From: a virus | Lineage: Duplodnaviria; Caudoviricetes | IMG/VR virus record: IMGVR_UViG_2939201121_000002 | Span: 1-64,000 of that record | DNA length: 64,000 nt | Reading direction: 5' to 3' (one strand) | Shown: one piece after another, positions 60,938 to 64,000 of the stretch | How positions within the stretch are numbered: position 1 is the stretch's first letter | Layout: each line of letters begins with the position of its first letter | Notes under the pieces: generated by a model | Databases searched by the model: none | Told to the model about the DNA's origin: nothing | What the model saw: only the letters and a program-made list of their open reading frames with translations | Program-made: the position numbers and the translations under genes

Positions 60938-61486
60938 ATGGCTGATTTAGTAAAAGGTAAAGACCTTTTAATTTTGTTACGTGAAAAGGGAAAAGCTGAA
61001 GCTGCTAAGAAGTTGATGCTCGGTAAAGAGTACAAAAAGAGTGTTGAGAGCGATGGCGATACTGTTGACACGTTTGACGGCTCATTTACGACTGGCGGGA
61101 CGAAAAAGACGACATTTAGTGTAACGGTGTTAATGTCGCGTGAAGATTCACTACCTGAAGAAATCGAGAAGGGATTAGGTGAAACGGTTTATGAGATTTG
61201 GCTTGCGGATAGTAAGAACGTTGGGCGTGAGACAAATGCGAATAAATATAAATCGGAGTATATGCAAGGTGTCTTTAAGAAGTTTGATTTAAAAGGTGAA
61301 GTCGGTGGCATTGTGGAGTATGAAGTGGAATTTAATGAATCGGGTGGCGGTACAAAATACGGTTATGCGACGTTACCTGAAGAGATGAAAGCGAAATTGA
61401 CGGCTGCAGGTTATCGATTCCACGATACCACTGCTGCAGACGCAGTGACAAATAGTACTGGCAATGCAGAAGTTGAAAATGAATAA
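60938..61486 (+). CDS. Major tail protein (TP901-1 type)
   Basis: GKD.L.L.R...EIW...GYATLP. Confidence 0.85.
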   Translation: MADLVKGKDLLILLREKGKAEAAKKLMLGKEYKKSVESDGDTVDTFDGSFTTGGTKKTTFSVTVLMSREDSLPEEIEKGLGETVYEIWLADSKNVGRETNANKYKSEYMQGVFKKFDLKGEVGGIVEYEVEFNESGGGTKYGYATLPEEMKAKLTAAGYRFHDTTAADAVTNSTGNAEVENE

Positions 61487-61539
61487 CGAGACGGGTTTAA
61501 TGCCCGTCTTTTTTATTAAATTTATGAGGTGAAAGCAAT

Positions 61540-61893
61540 ATGGTATCTGTTTTAGTTGATAATAATGAGGTTGTTTTACATTTTGGTTTAGGTGAGTTAA
61601 TGGCGTTAGACCGTGATTTAGGTTTTGAAGTGAAAAAGGTAAAACTTGGCTCAGGTTTAGGTTTTTTAGTGCCTAAACTTGAAGAAGGCGATGTCGTTGG
61701 ATTAGCAATAATGTTGAAAGCAGCAACATCAAGACAGCCGTATCCTTTAAAAACAGAAGCACAATTGGAAAGTGCGTTAGTGTATGCACATGAAACATAC
61801 GGCTCATTTGAAGCATTTGGTAAAGTTGTTATCGAGGAAATGGGGAAGCATGTTTTAACCCAAGACCTCATCAAAAAACACCAAAAAGACTAA
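61540..61893 (+). CDS. Tail assembly chaperone
   Basis: LHFGL..L..LD..LG; position. Confidence 0.75.
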   Translation: MVSVLVDNNEVVLHFGLGELMALDRDLGFEVKKVKLGSGLGFLVPKLEEGDVVGLAIMLKAATSRQPYPLKTEAQLESALVYAHETYGSFEAFGKVVIEEMGKHVLTQDLIKKHQKD

Positions 61894-61952
61894 GTCATGA
61901 TGATGATGTTTCAGAACAACATGCTATCGTCGCAACGTATGACTATATTGTC

Positions 61953-62309
61953 GTGACGTGTATGAGTACATTGGGCATAAAGCGGTTGGATGAAATTAAC
62001 GATATGACATTAGCAGAATATCATTACCGCGTTTTTGCCCAAGAATTCATTGAACTAAAAAGAGAGTATGAGCGTGTGAAGCAGGCTTTTTTAATTCGAT
62101 ATGCGAATGCGACCAAAAATGTCGGGACGAAAGATAAGCCGAAAGAAGAATATTACTTTAAAAGTGAAGATGACATTTTGAACTACAAAGCATGTTATTA
62201 CAAACTTTGGAATGGTGAAAATTGGGGATACACGCAAGAGGTTGAAAACGTGTCTGAAGATGATTACAAGTTACTCTCTGTGATTTCAGACATTAACAAT
62301 ATGCTGTAA
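61953..62309 (+). CDS. Tail chaperone second ORF (probably the -1 frameshift extension)
   Basis: MTLAEY motif; -1 frame is open across the upstream stop codon. Confidence 0.65.
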   Translation: MTCMSTLGIKRLDEINDMTLAEYHYRVFAQEFIELKREYERVKQAFLIRYANATKNVGTKDKPKEEYYFKSEDDILNYKACYYKLWNGENWGYTQEVENVSEDDYKLLSVISDINNML

Positions 62310-62321
62310 GGAGGTGGAGAG

Positions 62322-64000
62322 ATGGCAGAAGATGTATATAAGGTTAAGGCGATATTTGAAGCGCACACAGAAAGATTTAAAAAAGCGATTGATTCGGCTT
62401 TAAATACGATTGAGCGTTTTGAAAAAGTATCAAAAGCGATTGATGATGTCACGCTAGATGCTGACGCAAGCCGTTTGAATGAAGTGGTCGACAGAGTAAA
62501 TGCAAAACTTGAAGCGCTCGAACACGAAAAAGCAACGGCGCATCTTGATGCAAAGGATAAAGTAAATGAAAAAGTTAATAAAGCTAAGTTAGCACTTGAC
62601 TTTATTAATAATAAACGTGCTCAGGCGGCATTATATTTGAAAGATCGTTTGTTTAATTCGAAAATCGCAAAAGTAAAAACTGCACTCAAAAAGTTAGATG
62701 CTTCAAATATTAGTATTAAACTTAATATTGATAATGGAGTGGCCACTGCTAAAGTGCTTGCTTTTAAAGCGCGTTTAAGAAGTATTCCAAATCGTATTAA
62801 GTCAAAGATTATTGTAGATGTCGATAATAAAAAAACGACTATCTTTGCGTTAACTTTAAAAAAGATGAATGAAAGAGCTAATAATTTTAATCAACGTATG
62901 GATGCGCTCGCAAATTCAATTCGTACTTTTGGAACAGTGGGTCAATATGTGGTGCGTGGGATGATGATTTCTTCTTTTTCGGCACTTATTCCTGTTATCG
63001 CAAGTGCGATACCGGTTGTTATGGCAGTAGGTAATGCACTTGGTGTCGTAGGTGGCGGCGCATTAGGTATGGCAGGTGCTTTTGGTGTTGCTGGAATCGG
63101 GCTTGTTGGTTTTGCTGCAATGGCAAAGACAGCTACAAAAATGCTCGAAAAAGGGACAATCGCAGCGAGTGAAGCGACATTCGGCTATCAATCAGCATTA
63201 AAAAATTTAAAATCGGTTTGGCAAAGTATTATTCGACAAAATGCGACACACATTTTTGGTGCAATGCGCAATGCTCTTAACGGAGTATCGTCAGCAGTTC
63301 AGCAGCTAGAGCCATTTTTGAGCCGTGTTGCAAGTGTTGTTGATAAGAATACAGAAGCAATGAATAACTGGATTCAAAAATCAGATACTGCCAAAAAAGC
63401 TTTTAAAGAGATAGACTCAACAGGTGTTAAAATCTTTTCGAATTTATTGAGTGCTGTTGGCCGTTTTGGTGACGGGTTGGTCAACATATTTACACAATTT
63501 ATGCCTTTGTTTCAATGGGTATCTGAAGGGTTCAATAATATGGGGCAAGCGTTCCAGAAATGGGCAAATAAGGTGTCTACTGAAAAAGGTATTCAAAGGT
63601 TTATTGCTTACACTGAAAAGAATCTGCCTGTGATTGGGAAGATATTTGGCGATACGTTTTTAGCTATTATCAATCTATTTAGGGCGTTTAGTGGTAATTC
63701 ACAAGACTTATTTAAAACGTTATCTGAAATGACGGGGCGTTTTAAAGCTTGGAGTGAGACAGTAGGTCAATCTAAGGCGTTTAATGATTTTATGGAGTAC
63801 ATTAAAACAAATGGTCCTATTGTTGCATCCTTAATTGTTAACATTATCAATGCGTTGCTGAAGTTTGGAGAAGCAATGGCTCCTATTGGCGCTGTCGTGT
63901 TACAGATTATTAATACTATCGTTCAGTTTATATCCAATTTATTTGAAGCACATCCTGTGATTGCTCAAATTATTGGTGTCCTTATCAGTTTGTTTGGTGC
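62322..64000 (+). CDS. Tape measure protein, truncated by the window edge
   Basis: GGAGGTGG RBS; MAEDVYKVKAIFEA..., Ala/Gly-rich helical sequence. Confidence 0.85.
   Translation, partial: MAEDVYKVKAIFEAHTERFKKAIDSALNTIERFEKVSKAIDDVTLDADASRLNEVVDRVNAKLEALEHEKATAHLDAKDKVNEKVNKAKLALDFINNKRAQAALYLKDRLFNSKIAKVKTALKKLDASNISIKLNIDNGVATAKVLAFKARLRSIPNRIKSKIIVDVDNKKTTIFALTLKKMNERANNFNQRMDALANSIRTFGTVGQYVVRGMMISSFSALIPVIASAIPVVMAVGNALGVVGGGALGMAGAFGVAGIGLVGFAAMAKTATKMLEKGTIAASEATFGYQSALKNLKSVWQSIIRQNATHIFGAMRNALNGVSSAVQQLEPFLSRVASVVDKNTEAMNNWIQKSDTAKKAFKEIDSTGVKIFSNLLSAVGRFGDGLVNIFTQFMPLFQWVSEGFNNMGQAFQKWANKVSTEKGIQRFIAYTEKNLPVIGKIFGDTFLAIINLFRAFSGNSQDLFKTLSEMTGRFKAWSETVGQSKAFNDFMEYIKTNGPIVASLIVNIINALLKFGEAMAPIGAVVLQIINTIVQFISNLFEAHPVIAQIIGVLISLFG

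Larger units (their letters stand above)
46953..64000. mobile_element. Defective prophage 2 (SPP1-like morphogenesis), continues beyond the window
   Basis: int fragment, immunity-region morons, deletion into terL, then head and tail genes. Confidence 0.9.

Noticed and set aside
61840-61893. Exact slippery site of the prophage 2 tail chaperone
   Set aside because: The -1 frame is open, but no canonical X XXY YYZ heptamer is in frame, so the site cannot be assigned

Overview
Low-GC Staphylococcus-type chromosomal window made almost entirely of mobile DNA in three layers. (1) 1-41460: an essentially complete cos/HK97-type temperate siphovirus prophage, running integrase, cI/cro, Sak4-helicase-primase replication, RinA, HNH/terS/terL, HK97 head, tail, 2638A-like endolysin and morons. 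It ends at an attR that matches a tRNA-Ser 3' end. Its tape measure gene is split by a 261-nt ORF-less group I intron, and its helicase is split in the Walker A codons by an 8-nt stop-containing insert. (2) ~41460-44900: an island remnant with three ~280-bp structured repeats, each feeding a different small ORF, plus a TenpIN-like type III toxin-antitoxin locus cut by a dead IS21. (3) 46953-64000: a second, defective SPP1-like prophage with a near-identical integrase 5' fragment. An IS110 sits just upstream of that fragment, and its predicted bridge RNA is interrupted by a group IIC intron; an IS1182 follows. A large deletion fuses the immunity region to mid-terL, and the MuF minor head protein carries a polymorphic toxin domain. 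All calls come from reading the sequence and recalling protein families; no searches were run.
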